From the UHGV virus genome UHGV-0320443: a stretch of DNA of 55,576 bases; one strand, 5' to 3'. Made by a program: the position numbers and the translations under genes. The DNA is from a virus. The notes beneath the pieces are model-generated. The model saw nothing but the letters and a program-made list of their open reading frames with translations. It had not been told where the DNA came from and did not search any database. Positions 29,692 through 37,574 of the stretch are shown in pieces (position 1 is the first letter of the stretch; each line of letters opens with the position of its first letter).

Positions 29692-29898
29692 ATGACAAGA
29701 TCAAGCAAGCAAAAATATTTATTCGTAAGTTTAACAATCAAAAGCTTGTCGGAGGAAATTGACAATTTATATGAAGCTTACTATAACTGGGACATTGATT
29801 ACGATCGTGATCAAATTGCAAAAGTTGTTGAGGAAAAAGAGTTGAAGTTGGAAGAATTAATTGCAGAGCGCAAAGCAATCTTGAGAGGAGAATTATAA
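29692..29898 (+). CDS. hypothetical protein (68 aa)
   Basis: Good RBS. First gene after P1/P2. Confidence 0.5.
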   Translation: MTRSSKQKYLFVSLTIKSLSEEIDNLYEAYYNWDIDYDRDQIAKVVEEKELKLEELIAERKAILRGEL

Positions 29899-30344
29899 TG
29901 AAAACAACATTAAACAATGGCTTGGTCGTAGAGGTTCCTAACACTCGTACAAAGGTTAAAGAGATCGAAATGGTAGCAAAAGTAATTAATGTGGACGTTG
30001 ACAATTTAAATCGTAAGGAAGCTTTGGAAGTAGTTAAGAGCGAATTAGATAAACACCAACGAGTGCTTCTTCTAAATGCTCCAGCTAAGAAGGAAGTTAA
30101 ATTAAGCCCAGCGCAATATAAAAAGCAATTGTCATTAGCGAAATGGGCTAATCAAGATTATGTCGCAGAAGCAGTTGAAGCTTATAACAATGGAGAAATT
30201 TCAAAGTCAGAAGCAATTCGACAATTACATTTCTTGAACGTACCAAATAACTTCATTGCAAAATTAGTCGGAGCTCGTTACCAAATGGTCTTCAACGTAT
30301 TGGATCGCATGGAAGATGCAATGTCAGAAATGCAAGAATTTTAA
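29898..30344 (+). CDS. putative DNA-binding protein (N-terminal HeH/SAP-like motif, C-terminal HTH)
   Basis: PNTRTKVKEIEMVAKV (Rho_N/SAP-like) and ...NFIAKLVGARYQMVFNVL (HTH). It is a paralogue of the minus-strand ORF 35343-35873. Confidence 0.5.
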   Translation: MKTTLNNGLVVEVPNTRTKVKEIEMVAKVINVDVDNLNRKEALEVVKSELDKHQRVLLLNAPAKKEVKLSPAQYKKQLSLAKWANQDYVAEAVEAYNNGEISKSEAIRQLHFLNVPNNFIAKLVGARYQMVFNVLDRMEDAMSEMQEF

Positions 30345-30411
30345 TTGATAGAGAGGCTCAACAGAGCTTGAGCTTCTCCAATGAATTAAAATTTAAATAA
30401 AGAAAGAAGAG

Positions 30412-30843
30412 ATGAAAATGAAAAAATTAATCTTGCCAGCGAGCATCTTGCTCAACATAATGTTACTAGCGAGCGTCAACAGCTTGAGAAATTCAGCTGC
30501 GGAAGCTCAACAGGAACCGAAGGTCGTCACTAAAACTGAGTACGTGACCAAGGAAGTGGAAGTGCCAGTTTATTACGAAAAGGAAGTTGACTCGGGCGAG
30601 CACATTATTGAAAACGACAAAGTGAAAATTGAATACTTCGATCTAGATGATGGAGGCTTTGACATTCTATTCACAGCAAAAGAAGATTACAACGTGCTTC
30701 CAGTATTCACTCGCACAGATGACAAATTTTATCGCGACGCATATTTCACAGGAATGCAAAAGAACTTAGCAGAGATTCACGTAGACAACATGAACGAATT
30801 AAGTCCAGAGTTGAATTGGGACTTTAGCTGGGACAACGAATAA
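30412..30843 (+). CDS. secreted or membrane-anchored protein
   Basis: N-terminal signal/anchor MKMKKLILPASILLNIMLLASVNS with no lipobox Cys. RBS GAAAGAAGAGATG precedes it. Confidence 0.55.
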   Translation: MKMKKLILPASILLNIMLLASVNSLRNSAAEAQQEPKVVTKTEYVTKEVEVPVYYEKEVDSGEHIIENDKVKIEYFDLDDGGFDILFTAKEDYNVLPVFTRTDDKFYRDAYFTGMQKNLAEIHVDNMNELSPELNWDFSWDNE

Positions 30844-30900
30844 TAAAAAGAGAGGCCTGGGTCGGAGTTAATCCGGCTCAGAGCTAAGGAGGAAATTAAA

Positions 30901-31104
30901 ATGTTAACACACACTGAAAAGAAAAATATGACGATCGTAAGATCGATTGGGCAATATATTGTAGAGCATACTAAGGATCAACAAGGCTTCGAAGATTATC
31001 TAGAAGATGAAATGTTCCTTCGCGATTGCCGAGAGCTATTGCAAATGGCAGAAGAAATGCAAGCAGAGCGTGAATCGAAATTGGAGGAGAGCGAATATGA
31101 ATAA
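30901..31104 (+). CDS. hypothetical protein (67 aa)
   Basis: RBS AAGGAGG before the ATG. Confidence 0.5.
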   Translation: MLTHTEKKNMTIVRSIGQYIVEHTKDQQGFEDYLEDEMFLRDCRELLQMAEEMQAERESKLEESEYE

Positions 31105-31405
31105 GCGGGAGATTTACTTTAAAGCGCTCGAGGCAATTAAACCGGAAGAGCTGGTTTGGAAGAGCTACGAAGAAAATGAAATCTTGAAATGGGAATGGGC
31201 AGGTGCAAGAGGAGATTCGATCGGAGGGAAATTATTCTTCCGAATCGATCCTGTGACCAATGTCTTCGCCATGATGGGAATGGAAATTATAAATGGGTCG
31301 AACATTGATCGAGAGCCGATCTATATGACCATGATCGAAATTGAAGAACGGTCCCGAAATATGGACACGATCATAAAGTACCTGCTAGAATATATGGGGG
31401 CCTAG
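31097..31405 (+). CDS. hypothetical protein (102 aa)
   Basis: Start re-set to MNKREIYF (GGAGGAGAG RBS, ATGA overlap with the upstream stop). The track ORF starts at 31007. Confidence 0.5.
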   Translation: MNKREIYFKALEAIKPEELVWKSYEENEILKWEWAGARGDSIGGKLFFRIDPVTNVFAMMGMEIINGSNIDREPIYMTMIEIEERSRNMDTIIKYLLEYMGA

Positions 31406-31420
31406 GGCCTCCTTTTTTAT
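31396..31420 (+). terminator. rho-independent terminator closing the plus-strand island
   Basis: GGGGGCCTAGGGCCTCC palindrome followed by TTTTTTATT. Confidence 0.5.
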
Positions 31421-31432
31421 TGCTGTCAAATT

Positions 31433-31595
31433 GGGCCAAAAGTACCGGGTAAGCCTCGGGCCAAAATGCCCAGGTTAAGTTGGTAGGAAATGCCCAAAAA
31501 AGAGGTTCACCGAAGAAGAGGTCCAAAAGGCCCGTAGAGGGTACAAAAGGATTAAATTGCAGGCATAGTACGGGACAAAGTTACCGAAAAAGCCC
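31433..31595. repeat. iteron-like array of GG(N)CCAAAA(G) units
   Basis: At least six units (GGGCCAAAAG, GGGCCAAAATG, GCCCAAAAAAG, GGTCCAAAAGG, GGTACAAAAGG, CCGAAAAAGCC) in an intergenic region between convergent transcription units. Confidence 0.5.
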
Positions 31596-31769
31596 TGAGT
31601 TCATTGGTCAAGTAGTTCTGTGCCTAAGTTCTTCTTCTTCAACCTATTTCTACTGATTCTTATTAAATCAACGTATATCTCGCTCTACAAGGTTGAATCG
31701 AGAGATCGCCACAATTAATGTCGGAGATACTTATCGCGCGTCAAATCGCTTAAGAGACACAAAAAGGAT

Positions 31770-31801
31770 AAGAAAAAACACATCCAAGTATCAGATGTGT
31801 T
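31770..31801 (-). terminator. rho-independent terminator after the 239-aa gene
   Basis: AACACATC-caagtatca-GATGTGTT stem followed by a U-run on the minus strand. Confidence 0.5.
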
Positions 31802-31808
31802 TACGTAG

Positions 31809-32528
31809 TTATTCTTCAATTGGTTCTGCGGGTTTCGGGGTTAGGATATTATTGATCTCATCCAGCATGTTCAAACTTGAAGAGGAAATCTCAGAAGTGT
31901 TTTGAGTTGAATCTGCTGTTTGATTCACTTGAACTGCTCCATTGCCATTAATGCTTATTCCTACGCCTGGATTTGTTTTAGCTGGCTCGTCCATTTTCAT
32001 CGCAGTACTAACTAAACTTGACAATGCATCGATAGCTTCAGTGAACGTAACCAAGTCGACATTATTGACATCGATCTTAGTTAAAATGACTTCTTGCATT
32101 TTTGGAATTAAATCTGACCAAATCGAATTCATTACCATCGTCTTATTTGCTGCGATCGTTTGTTGCAATTGGGTCAAAGCTAACTCTGTTTGATTGACAT
32201 CAATTATCGCCTGCGGAATATCGTTGCCAACTCTTGTCTCGGCTTTTTGCAATGCATTTTGAACTTTGTTTTCCTCAGGCTCTTCGAAATATTCTAAGAT
32301 CCAAGGAAGCATTTCTTTATGCCTCGAAATTTGCTTTGGCGTAAGTTTTAAATTTTTCTTACCAGCGAACTCAATAATTTCTTTATAAGTTCTACCCGCT
32401 TGAATCATCCCATTAATATCTTTCATAAAGCCCGAATTGGCTATGCCAGAAGTGTTTAAGTAACGTGCGACTTTAAGCTTCTCTTTTTCAATATCTCGGA
32501 ATTGATTATCTAGGTCGTTTTGCTTCAC
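31809..32528 (-). CDS. hypothetical protein (239 aa)
   Basis: GTG start with AAGGAGG RBS, and its own promoter and operator-like repeats upstream. Confidence 0.5.
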   Translation of the reverse strand: MKQNDLDNQFRDIEKEKLKVARYLNTSGIANSGFMKDINGMIQAGRTYKEIIEFAGKKNLKLTPKQISRHKEMLPWILEYFEEPEENKVQNALQKAETRVGNDIPQAIIDVNQTELALTQLQQTIAANKTMVMNSIWSDLIPKMQEVILTKIDVNNVDLVTFTEAIDALSSLVSTAMKMDEPAKTNPGVGISINGNGAVQVNQTADSTQNTSEISSSSLNMLDEINNILTPKPAEPIEE

Positions 32529-32577
32529 CTTTAGTTACCTCCTTCTTTGCATACCTTCGGTACAATCTTATATTCCT

Positions 32578-32606
32578 ATTATAAAGTATCTCCAAAAATT
32601 AAGCAA
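32578..32606 (-). promoter_or_regulatory. promoter TTGCTT-17-TATAAT
   Basis: On the minus strand, the -35 is at 32606-32601 and the -10 at 32583-32578. Confidence 0.5.
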
Positions 32607-32639
32607 CACGATAAGTACCTTGGATAGGCATTGTATAAT

Positions 32640-32708
32640 GCGATTTAAAGCGATTTAAAGCTTATCAACATAGATATATGACTCTTATGTTTAATAAGTT
32701 TAAATCGC
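32640..32708. repeat. operator-like decamer GCGATTTAAA: two tandem direct copies plus one inverted copy
   Basis: Copies at 32640-32649 and 32650-32659 (direct) and 32699-32708 (inverted), just upstream of the promoter. Confidence 0.5.
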
Positions 32709-32714
32709 TTTATA

Positions 32715-33032
32715 TTAGCGCATATTCATAGTTAATTTAACAACAGTTCTGGCAATTAGCTTAGTTCGCTCTAAAGCTTCGACATATTGACCTGATTTAA
32801 TTAAAGGCTCAATAGCAGATGTAAAAATATCCATCTCCGAATAATTAGGTTCACGCCCAATATTATGAATGCAGTGATTGGTAAACAATATCGTCAACTG
32901 CTTTCTCATATATCTGTGATCTAACCAGGTACAAATTTTATCAACTAATGGTTGTAATGCTAGCAAGGACAAAACTAAAAGTAGTCCAGTAATGAAAATC
33001 GTTTGAACTATAGTTTCGGCTATGCCCGTCAT
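32715..33032 (-). CDS. small membrane protein
   Basis: N-terminal TM helix IVQTIFITGLLLVLSLLAL. Confidence 0.45.
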   Translation of the reverse strand: MTGIAETIVQTIFITGLLLVLSLLALQPLVDKICTWLDHRYMRKQLTILFTNHCIHNIGREPNYSEMDIFTSAIEPLIKSGQYVEALERTKLIARTVVKLTMNMR

Positions 33033-33484
33033 AATATAACTTCACCATTTCGATCTGATTTTTTGCAAGCCACTACGATCGCTTCAACAAAAGCAATTAA
33101 GCCAGGAATAAGCGTCCAGCAGAAAACTAAGTACAAAATACCTAAGCCAGTTTTTCCAGAATAGAATTTATGAGCACCTAAGCCACCTAAGAATAAAGCT
33201 AGCAAAACATAAACTACTTTGTTAACCCTTTTTTGACCAATTGCATTGTAAGCTCCGCCATTGCGATTGTTATCTAAAACGACGTGATCTCCTTCATCAG
33301 AGAAATAGACAATGACGCGATCTTCCAATTCAAAGTCTTTAACCCGTTTTGGACCTACTTGAACAAATTGAACGCCACCTGAATCAAAAGCTACTTTCAA
33401 AGTGCCTTGAACAAAACTCGATCCAACAATAACTCCTGTTTCTGGTGCCCGTCCTGCAATATAATTATTTCCTGCTTTTTCCAT
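33029..33484 (-). CDS. TM2-domain membrane protein with an N-terminal beta-rich domain
   Basis: C-terminal VYVLLALFLGGLGAHKFYSGKTGLGILYLVFCWTLIPGLIAFVEAI matches the TM2 domain (GxxGxHxFY). Confidence 0.55.
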   Translation of the reverse strand: MEKAGNNYIAGRAPETGVIVGSSFVQGTLKVAFDSGGVQFVQVGPKRVKDFELEDRVIVYFSDEGDHVVLDNNRNGGAYNAIGQKRVNKVVYVLLALFLGGLGAHKFYSGKTGLGILYLVFCWTLIPGLIAFVEAIVVACKKSDRNGEVIL

Positions 33485-33686
33485 AATATACCTCTCCTTT
33501 GATTTCTTCTATATGCATAATTTCTGTTACTGGAAATGGATTATCTTTCTTGAGCATTCGAATCGCTTCCTTCTTGTCACGAGCAACAATATGATCAGCG
33601 TTTAAAACCTCGGTTAAAGAAGAATCGATTCGACTGCGGGATTCCTTGAAGACTAAACTGAATCTAGGCATTTTGCTTGTCCACAA
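33465..33686 (-). CDS. hypothetical protein (73 aa)
   Basis: ORF only. Overlaps its neighbours by 20 nt. Confidence 0.35.
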   Translation of the reverse strand: MWTSKMPRFSLVFKESRSRIDSSLTEVLNADHIVARDKKEAIRMLKKDNPFPVTEIMHIEEIKGEVYYGKSRK

Positions 33687-33945
33687 AATTCATCAGACTT
33701 TTAATTCCACGACCTCGCTCTTTTGTCTTTCTTTCGATCCAAGTGCCTGTCGATGACCAAAAGTCAACTACTACGCCATTTTCGCAGGCAATAACGATTT
33801 GGTAAGTATTTGGATGTACTTCGAAATCATACTCTTTGCCTTCAAAAGTTTTCATTGCATTGGTAAAATATTTTTCACTTCTGTTTTGCTTTTCTTCCTT
33901 TAAGATAGGTTTGACATCACGCCAGTATTCTCCCAATTCACTCAT
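33664..33945 (-). CDS. hypothetical protein
   Basis: Start re-set to MSELGEYW (GGAGGG RBS). Confidence 0.4.
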   Translation of the reverse strand: MSELGEYWRDVKPILKEEKQNRSEKYFTNAMKTFEGKEYDFEVHPNTYQIVIACENGVVVDFWSSTGTWIERKTKERGRGIKSLMNFVDKQNA

Positions 33946-33949
33946 GTAA

Positions 33950-34123
33950 TTACCCTCCACTCATAATTGCATCTCTGACCACCGGGTCGCGATACATCAT
34001 TTTAATTTCTAATTGCAATGAATCGATCCGAGCCTTTTGACTAACCACGGCCAAAGACATAACACTCGAAGTAATCAGAGCCAAAACCAACATTACCAAA
34101 ATGGCTACCTTCTTCTTATTCAT
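33950..34123 (-). CDS. small membrane protein (about 57 aa)
   Basis: Manual read: AGGAGAGAAAA then ATG, giving MNKKKVAILVMLVLALITSS.... Missed by the track because of size. Confidence 0.35.
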   Translation of the reverse strand: MNKKKVAILVMLVLALITSSVMSLAVVSQKARIDSLQLEIKMMYRDPVVRDAIMSGG

Positions 34124-34334
34124 TTTTCTCTCCTAACCAAGGAACATCAATCTCATAGAAAATTTCCCTATTGTATTTGCGTCTACCAGTAATTTTAATA
34201 ATCGGTGGTAAAATATTTCTAGCTTCGATAGCACTGATGAAGTTTTTAGATTCTGCCTCCTGCTCTTCTTTGCTAAGTCTATTGTACCAATCTGATTGCT
34301 TTCGGGACATATGATAACTACCCTTAATTTTCAT
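34116..34334 (-). CDS. hypothetical protein (72 aa)
   Basis: ORF in a tightly packed operon. Confidence 0.4.
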   Translation of the reverse strand: MKIKGSYHMSRKQSDWYNRLSKEEQEAESKNFISAIEARNILPPIIKITGRRKYNREIFYEIDVPWLGEKNE

Positions 34335-34780
34335 TAGCTCTCACCCAAATCATCTGCGGGGTTTTCTTCGATTAGTCGGAAGCGTTTGCCGTCGAACTCG
34401 ATAATTTCACTTTCCGGATCTTTAAATCTTCTGACACGCTCTGGAAACATCTTAATTGCCTGATCATAAGATAAAATACATACAAAGAAAATACCACCAA
34501 ATTCAAGCGCTGCTTGAAAACTGTCTCTTCCGTAAGGTCTAATCTTACAAGCCTTTCTGTCAAAGAAAGGTAATTTTTCCATTGCATAAGCAAGTATGCT
34601 GGCTTCAAATATGAACTTAGGAGTAGATTCCATTTTATCCAATGTACTTGAACTAACAGTAGTGATTGTCGGAGCATTAATTGATATCTGATAAACGCCT
34701 AAGTCATCCAATAAGGTACCTAATGTGTTGAGATCAGTTACTGCTCTTTCAATAGTTTCTTTCATTTGGTCGTTTGTCAT
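34334..34780 (-). CDS. hypothetical protein (148 aa)
   Basis: ORF with ATGA overlap to the downstream gene. Confidence 0.45.
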   Translation of the reverse strand: MTNDQMKETIERAVTDLNTLGTLLDDLGVYQISINAPTITTVSSSTLDKMESTPKFIFEASILAYAMEKLPFFDRKACKIRPYGRDSFQAALEFGGIFFVCILSYDQAIKMFPERVRRFKDPESEIIEFDGKRFRLIEENPADDLGES

Positions 34781-34795
34781 TTAAATCTCTCCTTC

Positions 34796-35362
34796 TTAAT
34801 TTTCATCGTCGCCCAGATCAAAGTCTGGATCGCGATAAGCAATATCAATTTGCCTATTACCTACTTGATGCACTTCGAATTCGGCAGTATCTAAAATATT
34901 CACCTCAGCTTTATAAACACCCATCGAATTGTCATTGATATATAAATTAGCCAAATTGTCTAATTGCTTGTAGTATGGTATGTTTGTTTCCATCATTTCA
35001 TCTTTATATGGCTTGGTAACAATGATAATCAAATTGCCGATCTTCTTAAAGTCCAAAGGATGATTATGCGATATGATACTAATCATATAAGCATTTTGAG
35101 TCGGATTAGATAAACACTCTACAGTCAGGTTATTAAATTGCTTTGTAAAGCGCTCTAAGTCCTTATCAATGGTTTCGCTACTTTCATTAAGGCCTTCAAC
35201 AGATTGGTCAGGAACAACAGTATCGACTTCTTTTGGAGTGTCTTCTTTCTTGTCGGAAAATAAAGCAATTCCTACAAAGAAAGCGATCGCAGCCCCAATA
35301 GCTAAGATAAACATAATCAACAAGATAACATCAAACACGCTTTCAATCATCATCTTTCTCAT
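34796..35362 (-). CDS. membrane-anchored protein (188 aa)
   Basis: N-terminal TM helix VILLIMFILAIGAAIAFFVGIALF. Confidence 0.45.
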   Translation of the reverse strand: MRKMMIESVFDVILLIMFILAIGAAIAFFVGIALFSDKKEDTPKEVDTVVPDQSVEGLNESSETIDKDLERFTKQFNNLTVECLSNPTQNAYMISIISHNHPLDFKKIGNLIIIVTKPYKDEMMETNIPYYKQLDNLANLYINDNSMGVYKAEVNILDTAEFEVHQVGNRQIDIAYRDPDFDLGDDEN

Positions 35363-35873
35363 CTCCTATAATGTCTTCTAGCTCATCAGCTAGTTTTTCC
35401 ATTCTATATTTGGTGTAGACTTGATAAACATATTGATAACGAACATCCATCAATGAAGCGATTGTAGATCTATCAAATTTCTCGCTAGCCAATAATAATC
35501 GAATACGTGCTGCTTTTGTCATCTTGTCATTATGAATGATTTCGTTGACCCAATCTTCTTCAGCAGCTTTTGCAACTTTGTCATTTACACTTGGTTTCTT
35601 TTCCTTTGCTTTCTTTGGAGCTTTTTCTTTCTTAGGTTTCAGCTCCTCTTTGACTTCCTCTTTCTTAGTCAAATCAATTTCTTCAACCGGTACTGAACTA
35701 TAATCTTTTTGTAACCGAGCAATTTCTTGACCAATACGATCAAATAAAACTCCTCTTGAACCAGATGAATCAATTCCTAATGCTTCAGCTAGCTCTTTTA
35801 ATTCGCTAGCTTTCGTACGTGTGTTTGGGTAGTTGAATGTTTTGCCTCCAGCATTGATAGTTTTCTTTGCCAT
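35343..35873 (-). CDS. putative DNA-binding protein (HeH/SAP-like N-terminus, K-rich linker, C-terminal HTH)
   Basis: PNTRTKASELKELAEALGI and ...STIASLMDVRYQYVYQVY. Paralogue of the plus-strand 29898-30344 protein. Confidence 0.5.
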   Translation of the reverse strand: MAKKTINAGGKTFNYPNTRTKASELKELAEALGIDSSGSRGVLFDRIGQEIARLQKDYSSVPVEEIDLTKKEEVKEELKPKKEKAPKKAKEKKPSVNDKVAKAAEEDWVNEIIHNDKMTKAARIRLLLASEKFDRSTIASLMDVRYQYVYQVYTKYRMEKLADELEDIIGDEKDDD

Positions 35874-35875
35874 GA

Positions 35876-36214
35876 TTAATCTTCCTCTCCATTTCTTATA
35901 TATTTATTATCTACTAAATACACCAAATATGACAGGGCAGCTAGTCGTTTGTAAATTTCATATTCCAATTGTAAATCTTCAATCTCTCGATTCTCTCGAA
36001 GATCTATTTGATAGTTAACAATAACGGCTTGTAAGGAATCGAAAAATCCGATCCAATTGTGACTATCTAACTCAGCGATCATCGTATGAAATAAATCAGG
36101 CGTGCTTAGCTCTGTTTCTTTAAAAATTGCTTCTACAGTAGTGTCTAAGTCAAAATCATGATTGGTAGCTTCCTCCGCAATAATTTGACTAATGATACTT
36201 GACATAAAAATCAT
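35876..36214 (-). CDS. hypothetical acidic protein
   Basis: ORF only. The true start is probably the second ATG (MSSIIS). Confidence 0.45.
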   Translation of the reverse strand: MIFMSSIISQIIAEEATNHDFDLDTTVEAIFKETELSTPDLFHTMIAELDSHNWIGFFDSLQAVIVNYQIDLRENREIEDLQLEYEIYKRLAALSYLVYLVDNKYIRNGEED

Positions 36215-36416
36215 TCCTTCCTTTATCTTATATATTTATTATATATTAGACTTGACTGCATTGACAGGGCCACGACGTATATATGCAAAAATAAAAGGTT
36301 ACGATTTTCTTACGATGATTTTTAGTACCTAATAAATATATGAAAAGATAATGGGTATTCTCTCATAATCATGCAGAAGAAAGCGATCGATTTTTAGATC
36401 CATCTATAACTCTCGG

Positions 36417-36835
36417 TTAATTTAATTTAAGTTAATAAAACATGCTTTTCTTAACCAGTAGTTCGAACTTTCGGTTAAGAAAAGCATTAAAAAGTAAATG
36501 AAATTAATCGTGTCAATCCTTCTACATAGTGTCAAAAATTGTTTTTATATAATTTATTTATTTATTATTATTTTTTAGTCCTCCCCTAATATATATTATA
36601 TTATACAGCAAAATCAAGCAGTGGGCAATACGTCCAATTGATTTTTGAAGTGAGTTACTAATCCTCCACGTTTGCAAAAAGGACGGCAGACAATCGTAAA
36701 GGGAGGGGCGTCTCGCTGGTCTCATACTACAAGGGCTCTTGGTTTAATAATATTTAATAAAGCAATAAAAAAGCAACCAAAAGTTCGAACTTTCAGTTAC
36801 TTTTCCATATGATTATTAACTTAAATTAAATTAAA
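36417..36835. repeat. pair of about 20-bp AT-rich inverted repeats (TTAATTTAATTTAAGTTAA / TTAACTTAAATTAAATTAA) bounding a 400-bp non-coding segment
   Basis: Arms at 36417-36436 and 36815-36835. The same arms recur at 54267-54280 and 54442-54459. Confidence 0.55.
36442..36487. promoter_or_regulatory. perfect 15-bp-stem hairpin with a palindromic loop (AGTTCGAACT); a second AAAGTTCGAACTTT palindrome lies at 36779-36792
   Basis: ATGCTTTTCTTAACC / GGTTAAGAAAAGCAT flanking the loop agtagttcgaactttc. Confidence 0.5.
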
Positions 36836-36883
36836 TAGATATATAGGGAGTGACCTGTTTCTGCGTGTCTCTTCTTCCGATAT

Positions 36884-37102
36884 TTAATGGATGCCATCGA
36901 GAATCATAGCTTTACCTACTTCTAGCATTCCAACCAAGTGGAAAGTACCTTCTTGACTATAAAAAATTTCTACTTCATCAGAAGGACGCTGAACTACGAT
37001 ACATATTTGCTCAAAATCTTTTGCTTGATCCAATACCCAAGCTAAGAACTCCTCGTTAGTTTGTCCTCTCGCTTTCTTTCTCTTTAAGTCTTTAAAATCC
37101 AT
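36884..37102 (-). CDS. hypothetical protein (72 aa)
   Basis: ORF only. Confidence 0.4.
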   Translation of the reverse strand: MDFKDLKRKKARGQTNEEFLAWVLDQAKDFEQICIVVQRPSDEVEIFYSQEGTFHLVGMLEVGKAMILDGIH

Positions 37103-37123
37103 TTGATCCCCTTCTTTAAATGA

Positions 37124-37555
37124 CTAAGTATAGTCAAACACACTTTTACCTAATTGATGTGACTTGACTATCTCGTAGACAAAGTCTTGCATTAGCTTAT
37201 CATTGGTCTCAGCATCTTTAGGAATTCCGCCATAAACCTGGATATGCCTCTTGACCAAGTTCAATACACTTACGTAACTATAAGGTACCTTCTTGGTGAT
37301 CACTTCACAAGCTCGGAGTAATCTAACAACTACTTCCTTATGCAGGCCTAATTGCGCGAAAGCGAGTATATTACCCATCTCTTCCGCAGATGAATATTTC
37401 TCTTCTGTCTCCACATTTTCAACGCCGAGTATCTGACCACACAAAGGTAGATCAGAAACTATTGACACTGCTGTTTCTTTATCTTTGGCAAATACTGTAG
37501 TTTCTCTTACATCATTTAAGGCATTGATATAAGTTACTTTGAATTGTTTAGCCAT
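37124..37555 (-). CDS. hypothetical protein
   Basis: Start re-set to MAKQFKV (AGGAG RBS). Confidence 0.45.
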   Translation of the reverse strand: MAKQFKVTYINALNDVRETTVFAKDKETAVSIVSDLPLCGQILGVENVETEEKYSSAEEMGNILAFAQLGLHKEVVVRLLRACEVITKKVPYSYVSVLNLVKRHIQVYGGIPKDAETNDKLMQDFVYEIVKSHQLGKSVFDYT

Positions 37556-37574
37556 GTTAAACACTCCTATAATG

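Noticed and set aside
31809-32528. Calling the 239-aa protein the terminase small subunit because of an LTPKQ-like segment
   Set aside because: The order of motifs does not match the Terminase_2 N-terminus and the gene is not adjacent to TerL. Kept as hypothetical; TerS remains unassigned.
31433-32708. Possible CRISPR array suggested by short direct repeats (CCAAAA units, GCGATTTAAA)
   Set aside because: Repeats are 10-12 bp, degenerate, irregularly spaced and lack uniform spacers. They are iterons or operators, not CRISPR.
36455-36480. GTTCGAA-containing segments resembling a tRNA T-loop (also near 29020-29050)
   Set aside because: No acceptor or anticodon arms could be built around them. 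They are parts of palindromes, not a cloverleaf.
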